From: a virus
Taxonomy: Duplodnaviria > Caudoviricetes
DNA length: 64,000 nt
IMG/VR virus record: IMGVR_UViG_3300034161_000018
Location: 192,001-256,000 of that record
Direction: 5' to 3' (one strand)
A program made the position numbers and the translations under genes. Below the pieces are notes generated by a model. That model was not told the origin of the DNA. It did not search any database and saw only the letters and a program-made list of their open reading frames with translations. Shown one piece after another: positions 34,674 to 44,489 of the stretch. The stretch's first letter is position 1. Each line of letters begins with the position of its first letter.

Positions 34674-37600
34674 ATGACCTGTTGCAGAACGCATCCGAAT
34701 TCCGTTGGAATGCCACCACTTGAACCAGAAAAAGTAATTGTCGATTGCGGCACTTGGGTGGGTTCCTGCGGAATGGGAATCCACGAATTTTTCCTGTACC
34801 TCGGAAAGATCAACTCCAAGGTGACAGTCTGGTTTGAGCGGAAATACACTGATGACATTTTGAATGCTTATCAGTTTGGCGAAATCTTGGGCGCCACTCC
34901 AACCGGTGGCAAAGACGGTTCGTTCTCTTTTGAGTACGCGCCGTATGATCCAAACCTCGCCGGTCGCGACGAAATCCGTGTCGAAATCGTCAACAATCAC
35001 CGCGATAGTGAATGGCGTTTCCGCGTTGACTGTCCGGAAGAATATGAAGACGATCCGCCTGTTTCCGAAGTTAAAGAAACAGAATCGACGTGCGGACGTT
35101 ATCACCACCAAGCTGGTTACGCAAAAAAGAACACCATTCTTTTGGGTGATGAATCCGGCACCGTGAATGTGACGTGGGCAATTCAAGGTTACGCCGAGGT
35201 GAAGTTTTACCAAGGCGACGTATTGCTGAAAACGATTAAGTCGAATCGCACCGGCACGTTTTCGTTTTTCTACGATCCAACCAAAGGGCCAGTGTATGCT
35301 TTGACGCAAGGCACCGGCACCGTCGATTATCTGTTTAGCTGTCCGTACACTCCGCCCGAGGAAATTCCCGAGAAGTTTGAGTTTACGTGCGGTGACGACA
35401 TTCACATTTTCCAAGCGCCGAAACTGGTGAATGTGATTCTGCCACCTGACCAAACAGGCAGCGTGGAAATCTGGTTTGAAACGGAATCGACTGTCGTTCT
35501 GAAATTCATGCAGCGCGACACGTTGCTGTATCAGGTTCAACAGTTTGAAGGCTCAAGCGCATTTTCGTTTGATTACGATCCTGCAAATGGCCCGCTGACA
35601 ATCGTTTCGGAAAACTACGGCCAGTTCCGCACTTCGGTGAAATGCCCATACGAAGCGCCGCCGATTACTCCCGATCCGCCAAAACAATACGACCTCGATT
35701 GCTGGGACGCATTGCAAACATTTGAATCGCCGAGTGAAATCACTGTGCGACTTCCGAATGTCACTGGTTCTGTGTTGGTCACTTATGTGATTCCCGGTTC
35801 CACCGAATTGTCCTTCAATCAGGCTGGCCTTGAAATCGGTCACGGTTATCCGCAAGACGGTTTGCGTTCTTTCAGTTTCAACTACGTTCCGTCGAAAGGC
35901 GATTTGCTCGTTGTTGCAACTGGCACCGATGATTTCCAATTGTGGGTTGATTGCCCGATCCCGCCACCGCCTCCAGAATATCAGGCGAATTGCGGCGTCG
36001 ATAATCAATTCGATAGTCCGGGTAACGTAAACCTTTCGATGGGTGCGCTTTCCGGAAACTTCAATCTCACAGTTGATAAAACGATTGCGCTGTACAATCA
36101 CAGCACGTTGGTTGCGTCGTTTACCGGCACGCGTTCGTTCTTCTACACCGTTGGCGATCAGTGGAAAGTTGTCAGCACAGAAGTTGGTGTGCTGAATATC
36201 AAAGCAACTTGCCCGTCGATTAAAGGAATGGTTTGCGGCCCTGACGATGAAACGTTTTTGGCTGGTGACACAATCCTGATTGACGTTGATGAAAACGTCG
36301 GCGATACCGCTGCAATGATTGTTGCACCTGATACGGTGACAGTCGCGTGGTATTTGGACGGCCAGCTTTTCCGTTCCACGACTGGCACTGCCGAAGTTGA
36401 TTTGTATCTTCCAGATGTTGTGGAAGTGAAATTGATTTCCAGCGGCACCGGCAATTTCGATCTGCTTTTCCCGTGTCCAGTTCCACGCACGCCGGAAGGC
36501 ACCTGCGGCAAACTGGTTCATTCCGGAACTGGCGTGCAGGCGGATAAACCAATTCGCATTTCTGGCAATGGGCAAGTTCTCATTACCTACGAATTGGCGG
36601 CACCGCGTTCGATTACGTTTGCAACATCTGACGGAATCATTCAGACAGTCACTGGCCCTGTGAAGGATCAATTCGTTTATGACTATCTGCTGACCGAAGG
36701 CCCGATAAATGTTTCGTTTACCGGCACTGGTGAATTTCGTTATGTGATTGGTTGCCCACCGGGCGCTGGCGAAGAATTGGTTATTTCTCCACCTGACGTT
36801 ATTTTCGACGGCGGTACAGTCGAGGATGATCCGGACGAAAACAACGGGCCGTGCGATGATGTTTATAACACGGAACTCGAATTCGTTTCTGATTTGACGT
36901 TGCCAATTCCAAGCGCTGGAACTGATTGCTCACTGCTTTTGACCAGCCGTGCGTTTTCGCATCCGGGTATGAACGCGACTGAGCTTTACGGTGCAACACT
37001 CATGACTGCCGTGCGCGACATTACGGCAAACAACATGAAGAAAACAAAGCTGGGTTCGGATTTCTTTTTCTATTACGAATTCCCGTTGGCTCTGGAAGCC
37101 GAGGATTACACATTCGTTTTGAAAGCGTCCGAAGCCGATGTTGACGTTGCAATGTATGTGAACTGTTATCCGGTTCTCGACCGGGCGCGGAACCTAACAT
37201 TGCGTGAAACGGTTACGCTTTTCGATGCGCAGACTTTTGTGCAAATCTATTGGCGCTATCCGGACGACATTACTTCCCAAAAACTCATGACCGGTGGCAT
37301 TTACGCGGCAGTTGTTCGTACCGCGACAAACGAAGTTGTGTGGCGCAGCGGCGACATTATGCAAAAAGTGCGTACCAACGCAAAATTGCAATGTTCCGAT
37401 AAACCACGCTGGCCGGTTACTCGCGTGCCAAACTCCGAACAGGTTGCTTGCCCAAGTGGACAAACGCTAAACGGCGTTGTTGGTGGCGTAAGTTATTTGA
37501 CCGCAACGTGGGAAACCATTACGTGGTCGGATGGTGTTGTCGAAGTCACCGAGAAAGTTTTGAACGGCGTTTGCAAAATTCCACCAACCGTTACCGGCAC

Positions 37601-38885
37601 TCGCGTTGTAAACGTGAATCGTCAATGTCCAAGCGGCCAGACAGTCGGCGGTGTTTGGAATGGTACGCCAACGCAAACCGGCAGCTACACAGAAACAACG
37701 TGGTCTGACGGAACGAAAACAAATAGCGATACAACGTGGGATTCGTTCTGCGCCGTTCCATTGAAACCCGCTGTAACAATCGTTTCGCAAACTCCAAAAG
37801 TGAGTGTCGATGCTTGTCCGAGTGGGCAAACAAAAGGCGGTTACATTGGCGGCGAATCGTTTATCACTGGCAATTACGTCGAGTATCTGTGGTCTGACGG
37901 TACAAAAACGTACAGCGAGAAAACGTATGGCCCTGCGGAGTTTTGTGCATTGCCGACCAAACCATATGTTCCACCGACAATCGTTTCGCAAGTAAACAAA
38001 TCGGATTCTAAGCCGTGTCCAAATGGGCAAACGGTGAACGGACAACCGGGCGGACGAACTGCAATCACTGGCACGTACATTGAATATACGTGGTCGGATG
38101 GATCAACAACGAAATCGGAAACGACGTGGGAAGCTGGCGCAGTTTGTCAGATTATCGCGACGACTCCGGAAAGCATTAACCCGCGAATTCTTGGCCCGGT
38201 GTATGTCGGCAAACCAGATTCCGCTGTTCAGGGTGCAGTCGCTGCTGGTACGGTTTTGACGCCGACAATTCCAACTCCTTACGGAAGTTTGAATCCGGTG
38301 AACGCCGCGAATTACGCTGTTGGAATGGATGACCAATACGGCGCTAAGCGGATCGTGTTCAGTGCAAACAAAAACACGAAACCACCTGCGAAAGACTTTT
38401 ACGTTTCGGTTCCAATCTCGCTTCCAATCAGTGCCGCGCTCACAACGATTTTCCGAGTCGAAGTGATTGCTTCTGGTGTTGGCGTAGGTGCGCCGATGTT
38501 GGTTCGCCAGACTGCTTTTGCAATCAGCAAACCGAACGGACGTTGCAGCATTATGGAAATCGTGCCGCAACCATCTGTAGTCGCGCAACCGAATCGAATT
38601 CAGTCAGCGCCAGCTTCGGGAATGACCGCGTATGATTTTGCGGTTACAAACAAAGGTGGAATTCCGCTGTCGGTTTCGCAAGTTCCGGCAAACAACCCGA
38701 ACGCTTGCCCGCTCAACAAAGTGAATTACTCCAACGACTACGGCGGAACGTCTTTGTTGTTTAAAGTCGATACGCGTCAAGCAGGTTCCGGCCTCGCTGG
38801 TTTCTCGTTTGTAGTTCTCAACTCTGTCACGGGTGCTGTTCTGTATAAGAGCGGACAAGACGGAAACATTCGCATAACATCGTGA
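34674..38885 (+). CDS. Large Cys-rich repetitive tail appendage protein
   Basis: About 9 beta-rich repeats ending in CP, plus four CPxGQT...WSDG repeats. Confidence 0.75.
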   Translation: MTCCRTHPNSVGMPPLEPEKVIVDCGTWVGSCGMGIHEFFLYLGKINSKVTVWFERKYTDDILNAYQFGEILGATPTGGKDGSFSFEYAPYDPNLAGRDEIRVEIVNNHRDSEWRFRVDCPEEYEDDPPVSEVKETESTCGRYHHQAGYAKKNTILLGDESGTVNVTWAIQGYAEVKFYQGDVLLKTIKSNRTGTFSFFYDPTKGPVYALTQGTGTVDYLFSCPYTPPEEIPEKFEFTCGDDIHIFQAPKLVNVILPPDQTGSVEIWFETESTVVLKFMQRDTLLYQVQQFEGSSAFSFDYDPANGPLTIVSENYGQFRTSVKCPYEAPPITPDPPKQYDLDCWDALQTFESPSEITVRLPNVTGSVLVTYVIPGSTELSFNQAGLEIGHGYPQDGLRSFSFNYVPSKGDLLVVATGTDDFQLWVDCPIPPPPPEYQANCGVDNQFDSPGNVNLSMGALSGNFNLTVDKTIALYNHSTLVASFTGTRSFFYTVGDQWKVVSTEVGVLNIKATCPSIKGMVCGPDDETFLAGDTILIDVDENVGDTAAMIVAPDTVTVAWYLDGQLFRSTTGTAEVDLYLPDVVEVKLISSGTGNFDLLFPCPVPRTPEGTCGKLVHSGTGVQADKPIRISGNGQVLITYELAAPRSITFATSDGIIQTVTGPVKDQFVYDYLLTEGPINVSFTGTGEFRYVIGCPPGAGEELVISPPDVIFDGGTVEDDPDENNGPCDDVYNTELEFVSDLTLPIPSAGTDCSLLLTSRAFSHPGMNATELYGATLMTAVRDITANNMKKTKLGSDFFFYYEFPLALEAEDYTFVLKASEADVDVAMYVNCYPVLDRARNLTLRETVTLFDAQTFVQIYWRYPDDITSQKLMTGGIYAAVVRTATNEVVWRSGDIMQKVRTNAKLQCSDKPRWPVTRVPNSEQVACPSGQTLNGVVGGVSYLTATWETITWSDGVVEVTEKVLNGVCKIPPTVTGTRVVNVNRQCPSGQTVGGVWNGTPTQTGSYTETTWSDGTKTNSDTTWDSFCAVPLKPAVTIVSQTPKVSVDACPSGQTKGGYIGGESFITGNYVEYLWSDGTKTYSEKTYGPAEFCALPTKPYVPPTIVSQVNKSDSKPCPNGQTVNGQPGGRTAITGTYIEYTWSDGSTTKSETTWEAGAVCQIIATTPESINPRILGPVYVGKPDSAVQGAVAAGTVLTPTIPTPYGSLNPVNAANYAVGMDDQYGAKRIVFSANKNTKPPAKDFYVSVPISLPISAALTTIFRVEVIASGVGVGAPMLVRQTAFAISKPNGRCSIMEIVPQPSVVAQPNRIQSAPASGMTAYDFAVTNKGGIPLSVSQVPANNPNACPLNKVNYSNDYGGTSLLFKVDTRQAGSGLAGFSFVVLNSVTGAVLYKSGQDGNIRITS

Positions 38886-38892
38886 GGCATTT

Positions 38893-39843
38893 ATGAGTTT
38901 GACAAGAACTCCGGTGCAGATGGTTCAGGCGAAAGGTTTGGCTAACCAAACTCAAATCGTTATTTCCAATGAGAAACTGACGGTTGCCGAATCAACTGAA
39001 ACGAAAATTTCGGAAGTGAGTGGCGGTTCTTACGACGTGCAGCAAGGTGTTTTGATCTTGCGCATGTACAACGGGGAAGACGTTCGCATTGAAGGCTTTC
39101 CAACCGCCGATAAAATCCCAACCGGGCCAACTGGCCCGCAAGGGCTTCCGGGCAAAGATGGAAAAAGCGGAAAAGATGGACGCGACGGCGCAGCGGGTGC
39201 TTCCGGTTGTGAAGGCCCGCAAGGTGCAATGGGACAAACTGGCCCGCGTGGCGAACAAGGTCGCGCCGGTCAACAGGGAATTATGGGGCCAACCGGATTA
39301 ATGGGGCCGGAAGGCCCGCAAGGCCCACCGGGGCCAACTGGCCCGCAAGGCCCGATTGGCCCACAAGGCCCACGCGGAGATATGGGGCCGCAAGGAAGAC
39401 CCGGCCCGCGTGGTCCTGACGGAAAAATGAATATTGTGGTTTCCACTTGCGAACCGGAATCTCCAGAACCCGGAATGCTTTGGGTAAACCCCGATGCGAA
39501 TTATCCGTGCTGCGCAACTGCTGCTGAATTGCGTCCGCGTTGCAAATGTTGCGACAAACCTTTGGGCGAATGCGATACAAATGTTTTGATTCCGCCTTCT
39601 GCGTGTTTGAGCGCTCCAGTAATGTGCCAACTGTACACCGAATTGTTTGGCCGTATGCCAGATGAACCGGGTGCGAATTACTGGTTGAACACGATTCAAA
39701 CAAACGGCTGGAAAACCGATAATACCGTTCATATGTATTTGCTGCGCGGAATGATGTTGCGTTCTGCTGCGCCGCAGGATTGTGCATACGTCGGCGGAAC
39801 GTATGATCCGGTAAATAAGGTTTGCGTAATTCCGGGTTTGTAA
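38893..39843 (+). CDS. Collagen-like fibre protein 2
   Basis: Gly-X-Y run at about 39121-39425; Cys-rich C-terminus with a LY..LFGR.PD..G..YW (DUF4214-like) motif. Confidence 0.78.
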   Translation: MSLTRTPVQMVQAKGLANQTQIVISNEKLTVAESTETKISEVSGGSYDVQQGVLILRMYNGEDVRIEGFPTADKIPTGPTGPQGLPGKDGKSGKDGRDGAAGASGCEGPQGAMGQTGPRGEQGRAGQQGIMGPTGLMGPEGPQGPPGPTGPQGPIGPQGPRGDMGPQGRPGPRGPDGKMNIVVSTCEPESPEPGMLWVNPDANYPCCATAAELRPRCKCCDKPLGECDTNVLIPPSACLSAPVMCQLYTELFGRMPDEPGANYWLNTIQTNGWKTDNTVHMYLLRGMMLRSAAPQDCAYVGGTYDPVNKVCVIPGL

Positions 39844-39891
39844 TTCGCAATTCCGCGTAATTTTAACGTAAGTAAAACAGGAATGTGAAAA

Positions 39892-40410
39892 ATGGGGACG
39901 ACTACTCGCGTCCCCCTCTCACTCGTTGGTGCGAGGGGTAAAGCCGGTGATAAAGTTTCGTTTACCGGCGATGGTTTAACAACCCAAGAAGAAAGTTTGG
40001 ACGCAAACGTCAAACTTGAAAGTGGCACATTGGATTCCACAACGGGCACACTTTCCTTGCTTTTGAGCAATGGTGAAGTTTTGAAAGTTGAAGGTTTTCT
40101 GACGCCGAATTCTGCGGGACAAGGTGCGCCGGGTGTTCAAGGTTTGCCCGGTCGTGACGGAATCGACGGCCTCGATGGTCGTGATGGTGAAAAAGGTGCA
40201 ACAGGTTGCCAAGGCCCAGCGGGGCCGCGTGGTGTTGCAGGCCCGCAAGGTGAACGCGGCCCGCAAGGCGTTCAAGGCCCAACTGGCCCGCAAGGTTTGA
40301 CTGGTCAACGCGGTGATGACGGTTTTGTTCAAGTGTGGATTCAGAATGATGATCCTGCGGAAACTTCCGGTTCACTCGTACAGGCTGGCGCTATTTGGGT
40401 GAAAGTTTAA
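39892..40410 (+). CDS. Collagen-like fibre protein 3
   Basis: Gly-X-Y run; paralogous N-terminus. Confidence 0.78.
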   Translation: MGTTTRVPLSLVGARGKAGDKVSFTGDGLTTQEESLDANVKLESGTLDSTTGTLSLLLSNGEVLKVEGFLTPNSAGQGAPGVQGLPGRDGIDGLDGRDGEKGATGCQGPAGPRGVAGPQGERGPQGVQGPTGPQGLTGQRGDDGFVQVWIQNDDPAETSGSLVQAGAIWVKV

Positions 40411-40454
40411 GATTCCGATAATGTCTTTCGGAATACCGAATCGGAGCAGATTGA

Positions 40455-43400
40455 ATGAGTCGTTTACGTGTTCGCACGCCCAGCGGTAGCTGGCTCGACG
40501 TTTGCGAAAGTGAATGGTACGTGCGTGATGCAAAAAACCTGAATTGGATTCGTTTGGTCGTTTCCAAAGAAATGAAAGTACGGCACGGCAGCAATGCGTA
40601 CTGGTTGAATATCGAATGCGACGTTGACGATATTTACTGTCCGCCAGATGAAGTGCTGGAATGCTGGCCGGGTGCGACTGGCAATTTCGATAACGGAATC
40701 ATCATTGACGGCGGGCCAACTGGTTCGCAACTTTGTGATTGCGACGGAAAGAATTGCGTTACTTACATCGGCCCCGGCCCCGGTGGCGAAGGAAACGGAA
40801 ACGCTGGCCCAAACACTGGCGGGCAATTGCTCGCTACCAGTGCAAAGGCTGGCGCAACCGGCAGCAAAACAATGCCGCTTCCTTGCCCGGTTACTGCATA
40901 CGGTGGCCGCGCAACGATTACCGAATTCTACGTTGAACTTTCACAAGTCAGCGGAATGGTGACGCTCAATGCTCGCGGGATTACCGGCAGCGTGCGCGTC
41001 CGTGTTTACAAAAACTGCGAACTGTTGGCCGATACTGATTTGGCGCAGAACGCAACGCGTAACGGAATCAAAAGTTACGTGACGAAATTCATGAATGACA
41101 CCGCTTCCGGAATCGGTCGCGTGCTTGTTCGTGTTGATGCACAAAACGAAAACACTCTTTGGGACGTGGCGCTTTCGTGCCCGAACCAAGACCCGGATTT
41201 CACCGACATTGAACCAGCACAATGCTACGGCACTTTCCACGCGTTGATTGGTTGCACCGCTTTTGTTTATGAGCGCATGCACAAACTGGAAGGCAGCGGC
41301 GTAACGTGGTTGGACATTACTGTTGGTAAAGAACCGATTCGCGTTTCTGCTTATTATCAAGGCCAGTTGCTCGCTTCGACGATTGACCTGATTACCAGTT
41401 CGACGCAATTGTCGTGGAATTTCCAACCGAAAAGCAACGACGATTTGGTGACGATTCGCGTAGAGTGCGACCAGCCAACAACGGCGTGGACGTATTCGCT
41501 TTATTGCGCCGGAACAACTGGCAGTTTCAACAATCCGGATCATTGCTGTGGCACCGGCCTGCCTGAGCGTTGCGAAGATATTGGCAAACCGTGCCCACCG
41601 GAATTCAACCGCGTTTCCAACAAAGCGGATGTTACCGATACGTGGTACGACTTGTCGAAAAACATCGACGGCAAAGTTTACATTCCGTACAACCTAATCG
41701 GCGACAAACCGTTGCAGATTCTGGTTTACCAAAACGGAAATGTCGTCGCGGGTATCGGCCCGAAACTCGGCAGTGGCAAACTGGTTTTCATGTTTAAGAA
41801 AGCCAATGGTGCAAAGATTCGCGTTCGTGTAATTGGTACGTGCTGCCCTGAATGGACATTCAGCGTGTTGTGCCCGTTCCCGTTGCCGCAAGTGTGTATC
41901 GACAATCCTTCAATGGTTCGCCCAACGAAAGGTCAAGTCGGCCAACTGTGTTTCACTCTGACTCTCGATCACATTTATGACGAAACGGTCACGGTGGATT
42001 ACGAAACTCGTTCATCGAATGCGATTGGTGTTTATGCGCAAACTAATGTCTTGGTTGAAGACGAATTTAATTACCCTTTCTTGGCTGTGGCCGATTCGGG
42101 AACTGGCCGTGTTGTTTACGATGCTGGCTTTCCTAAGTTTTACAACAATGTTGTTAACGGCGTAACTGACCAGTACCTGCGCAACGTTGTGAATTACTGC
42201 GCCAACCCAAACAAACCAAAACGTGCGCTTGTTTGTTCCAGTGCGAAACGCGGTTTTGCGTATCCTGCTGACGGCCAGCCTACCGGTTTCGGAATTCGCG
42301 TTCCAAACATTTTGGCAGCGATGGGCTTTGCAGTTGACGTGGCGTGTGTGAACGATCCGTTCTTCGGTGCGGGCGTCATGGATCACGATTACGACAAGCT
42401 GGCACCGTATTCGATGGTGATTTTCTTTTCGTCGGATGAATTCAACGCACCAAACATCACCGAACGTACCGCGACTGCTTACGGCGAATTCGTGAAGAAA
42501 GGAAATGGTTTGTTCCTTGTGACCGACCACTTCTCTTTCCAGTACGCCGCAAACATGATTGCAAAACAGTACGGCGTGGTGTTCTCCGGTTCGGTGGATC
42601 GTTCGCCAGTTTCGATTGCACGGTCGATTCAGATTTACGGCCCGTCGCCATTGTGGAACGGAATCGAAAACCAAACTTTTGCAGCGGGTGGATCGGAAGG
42701 GATTATCGGTGTGGAATACACGCCGCCTGATTACGTTCCGGAAAAAGGCACTGTCGAATTCTCGCCGTGTGAAACTGCACGCCAAGTCTGCATCGACATT
42801 TGGGGAATCAGTCGCCCCGGCCCTGACCGCACGATTGAAGTGGTTTTGAAAAGTGCAAAGAACGCGACAATCTGTACGCCCGGCGTTGGCACTGGCACAA
42901 TCGAAAATAACTACGTTGCGAATTGCCCAAGCAATACACAACTGGTTGTAAAAGATGGTGGCGCTCACGCAGCAATGGGCAGCGGCGCACGTTTGATGTA
43001 CACGCAAGAAAGTTTGGGCGCTGCGAACTTCCAGTATTCGTCCATTCTCGATATGAAAATCAACTTCCCGGCAGAAGGCATTTATCGCTTCTACGTTTGG
43101 GGAGACGACGAAGCTGAACTGTATCTCGATTGCGATTTGGTCGTGAAACACGTTTTGTCTTCCGGCACGACAATCATTCAGAGTGGCCCGGCATCGCGAC
43201 CTTATTGGGTTCCGGCTGGTGAAGTTTATCTGTATTTGATTTACACAAACCGAGGCCCACGTTCGCGCAGTGCTAGCGCCTGCTCGATGAAAATCATGTA
43301 TCCGAATGGTTCGCCATTCTACGTGTCGAATGCTGCAAACTGGCGTTCGCGTGTTTTGGATATGGGCTTGCCGCCGATTTGCAAACAGTTCCCCGACACT

Positions 43401-44264
43401 TGCCAAATCACGCCGACTGGTGGCGTGCGAAATGGTGGAAACTCCAACACGCACAACATTGGTTATCCGGGCGCGCAAAACATTAGCTCCACGCTTCACT
43501 CGCCGAACTGCGCACCGGGCGGAACGTTCTACGTTTTGGAAACGATGATCGCGTTCCCGGTTACAGGTATTTATACTTGGGTCGGTACAGCGGACGATAA
43601 CATTTGGATGTATCTCGATTGTAATCTGTTCGCCACTGGCAACAACTGGGAAGGAACATTCTACGCGTCGGTTTATGTAACGGCGGGTATGCACCGCGTA
43701 ACAGCGATGTACCAAAACATTCCAAACTGCACACCGGGTTGGGTGAAATTTGTTTTCCTCGCTCCCGACCTTCACGTTACTTATCAGAGTGAGGCAACTG
43801 GCTGGGGTTCGATTCAAGGTAACTTGTCGGATCAAGGCGCGGCTGCAATTTATTCTGGCGGTTCCGTTGGTGCATGGGCAATCAACTATCTCGGTGGTTT
43901 GGGCGCTCGCGCAATTTCCGCACCGTTTGGTCAGAACTACGGCTACACAACTTCGGAACTGAAATTCAGTTTCCCGCATGCTGGCAATTATTCCATCCTG
44001 ATGTTTGGCGATGACACGGTTGAAGTTTTCGTCGAGTGTCGTTCGGTGGCGTATTGCGGCGCTGTGCGTCAAGGTTCGCTTGCAACCGGTTCGTTCTACG
44101 CGGGCGCAGGTGAGACAAACATTATTGTGCGGCATTACAACGTTTCGTCGCCACAATGGTTTATCTTTGCGATTCTCGACGAAGGTGGGAATACGGTTTA
44201 TGGCACCAACACGGCAGGATGGAAATGTCGTTTAGGTGATATGGACTTCTCCGGTATTTCATAA
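40455..44264 (+). CDS. Large Cys-rich adhesin-like tail protein (CP repeats, split Calx-beta, three PA14-like domains)
   Basis: Calx-beta halves at about 41950-42015 and 42725-42870; G.Y.....GDD...(L/M)Y..C repeats near 43080, 43570 and 43985. Confidence 0.72.
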   Translation: MSRLRVRTPSGSWLDVCESEWYVRDAKNLNWIRLVVSKEMKVRHGSNAYWLNIECDVDDIYCPPDEVLECWPGATGNFDNGIIIDGGPTGSQLCDCDGKNCVTYIGPGPGGEGNGNAGPNTGGQLLATSAKAGATGSKTMPLPCPVTAYGGRATITEFYVELSQVSGMVTLNARGITGSVRVRVYKNCELLADTDLAQNATRNGIKSYVTKFMNDTASGIGRVLVRVDAQNENTLWDVALSCPNQDPDFTDIEPAQCYGTFHALIGCTAFVYERMHKLEGSGVTWLDITVGKEPIRVSAYYQGQLLASTIDLITSSTQLSWNFQPKSNDDLVTIRVECDQPTTAWTYSLYCAGTTGSFNNPDHCCGTGLPERCEDIGKPCPPEFNRVSNKADVTDTWYDLSKNIDGKVYIPYNLIGDKPLQILVYQNGNVVAGIGPKLGSGKLVFMFKKANGAKIRVRVIGTCCPEWTFSVLCPFPLPQVCIDNPSMVRPTKGQVGQLCFTLTLDHIYDETVTVDYETRSSNAIGVYAQTNVLVEDEFNYPFLAVADSGTGRVVYDAGFPKFYNNVVNGVTDQYLRNVVNYCANPNKPKRALVCSSAKRGFAYPADGQPTGFGIRVPNILAAMGFAVDVACVNDPFFGAGVMDHDYDKLAPYSMVIFFSSDEFNAPNITERTATAYGEFVKKGNGLFLVTDHFSFQYAANMIAKQYGVVFSGSVDRSPVSIARSIQIYGPSPLWNGIENQTFAAGGSEGIIGVEYTPPDYVPEKGTVEFSPCETARQVCIDIWGISRPGPDRTIEVVLKSAKNATICTPGVGTGTIENNYVANCPSNTQLVVKDGGAHAAMGSGARLMYTQESLGAANFQYSSILDMKINFPAEGIYRFYVWGDDEAELYLDCDLVVKHVLSSGTTIIQSGPASRPYWVPAGEVYLYLIYTNRGPRSRSASACSMKIMYPNGSPFYVSNAANWRSRVLDMGLPPICKQFPDTCQITPTGGVRNGGNSNTHNIGYPGAQNISSTLHSPNCAPGGTFYVLETMIAFPVTGIYTWVGTADDNIWMYLDCNLFATGNNWEGTFYASVYVTAGMHRVTAMYQNIPNCTPGWVKFVFLAPDLHVTYQSEATGWGSIQGNLSDQGAAAIYSGGSVGAWAINYLGGLGARAISAPFGQNYGYTTSELKFSFPHAGNYSILMFGDDTVEVFVECRSVAYCGAVRQGSLATGSFYAGAGETNIIVRHYNVSSPQWFIFAILDEGGNTVYGTNTAGWKCRLGDMDFSGIS

Positions 44265-44275
44265 GGGTTTGAAAA

Positions 44276-44479
44276 ATGGCTCGACGCTTATTGGTTCGCC
44301 AAGACGCGCAAAGCCCGTGGGTAGACAATTTTGCAAAAGGGGGTTGGCAAGTTCGCGTTGGACTTGCTGACCCCGAAGCGAAATGCCCCGCTGGTGCAGC
44401 GTGCGAGTGGGTGAAAATGTTGCCATCGAATACAAAATTCCGCTCCGCTGACAACAAGTCGTGGGAATGCGTGAAGTGA
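44276..44479 (+). CDS. 67-aa protein similar to the N-terminus of the 40455 protein
   Basis: RLLVRQDAQSPWVD...GWQVR versus RLRVRTPSGSWLD...EWYVR. Confidence 0.65.
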   Translation: MARRLLVRQDAQSPWVDNFAKGGWQVRVGLADPEAKCPAGAACEWVKMLPSNTKFRSADNKSWECVK

Positions 44480-44489
44480 GGAATAAATA

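Noticed and set aside
15651-44156. Long minus-strand ORFs (for example 15651..17114, 27005..28471, 31532..32839, 34092..35540, 42012..44156)
   Set aside because: They lie exactly antisense to well-supported genes, have no RBS or recognisable motifs, and are typical shadows of codon bias.
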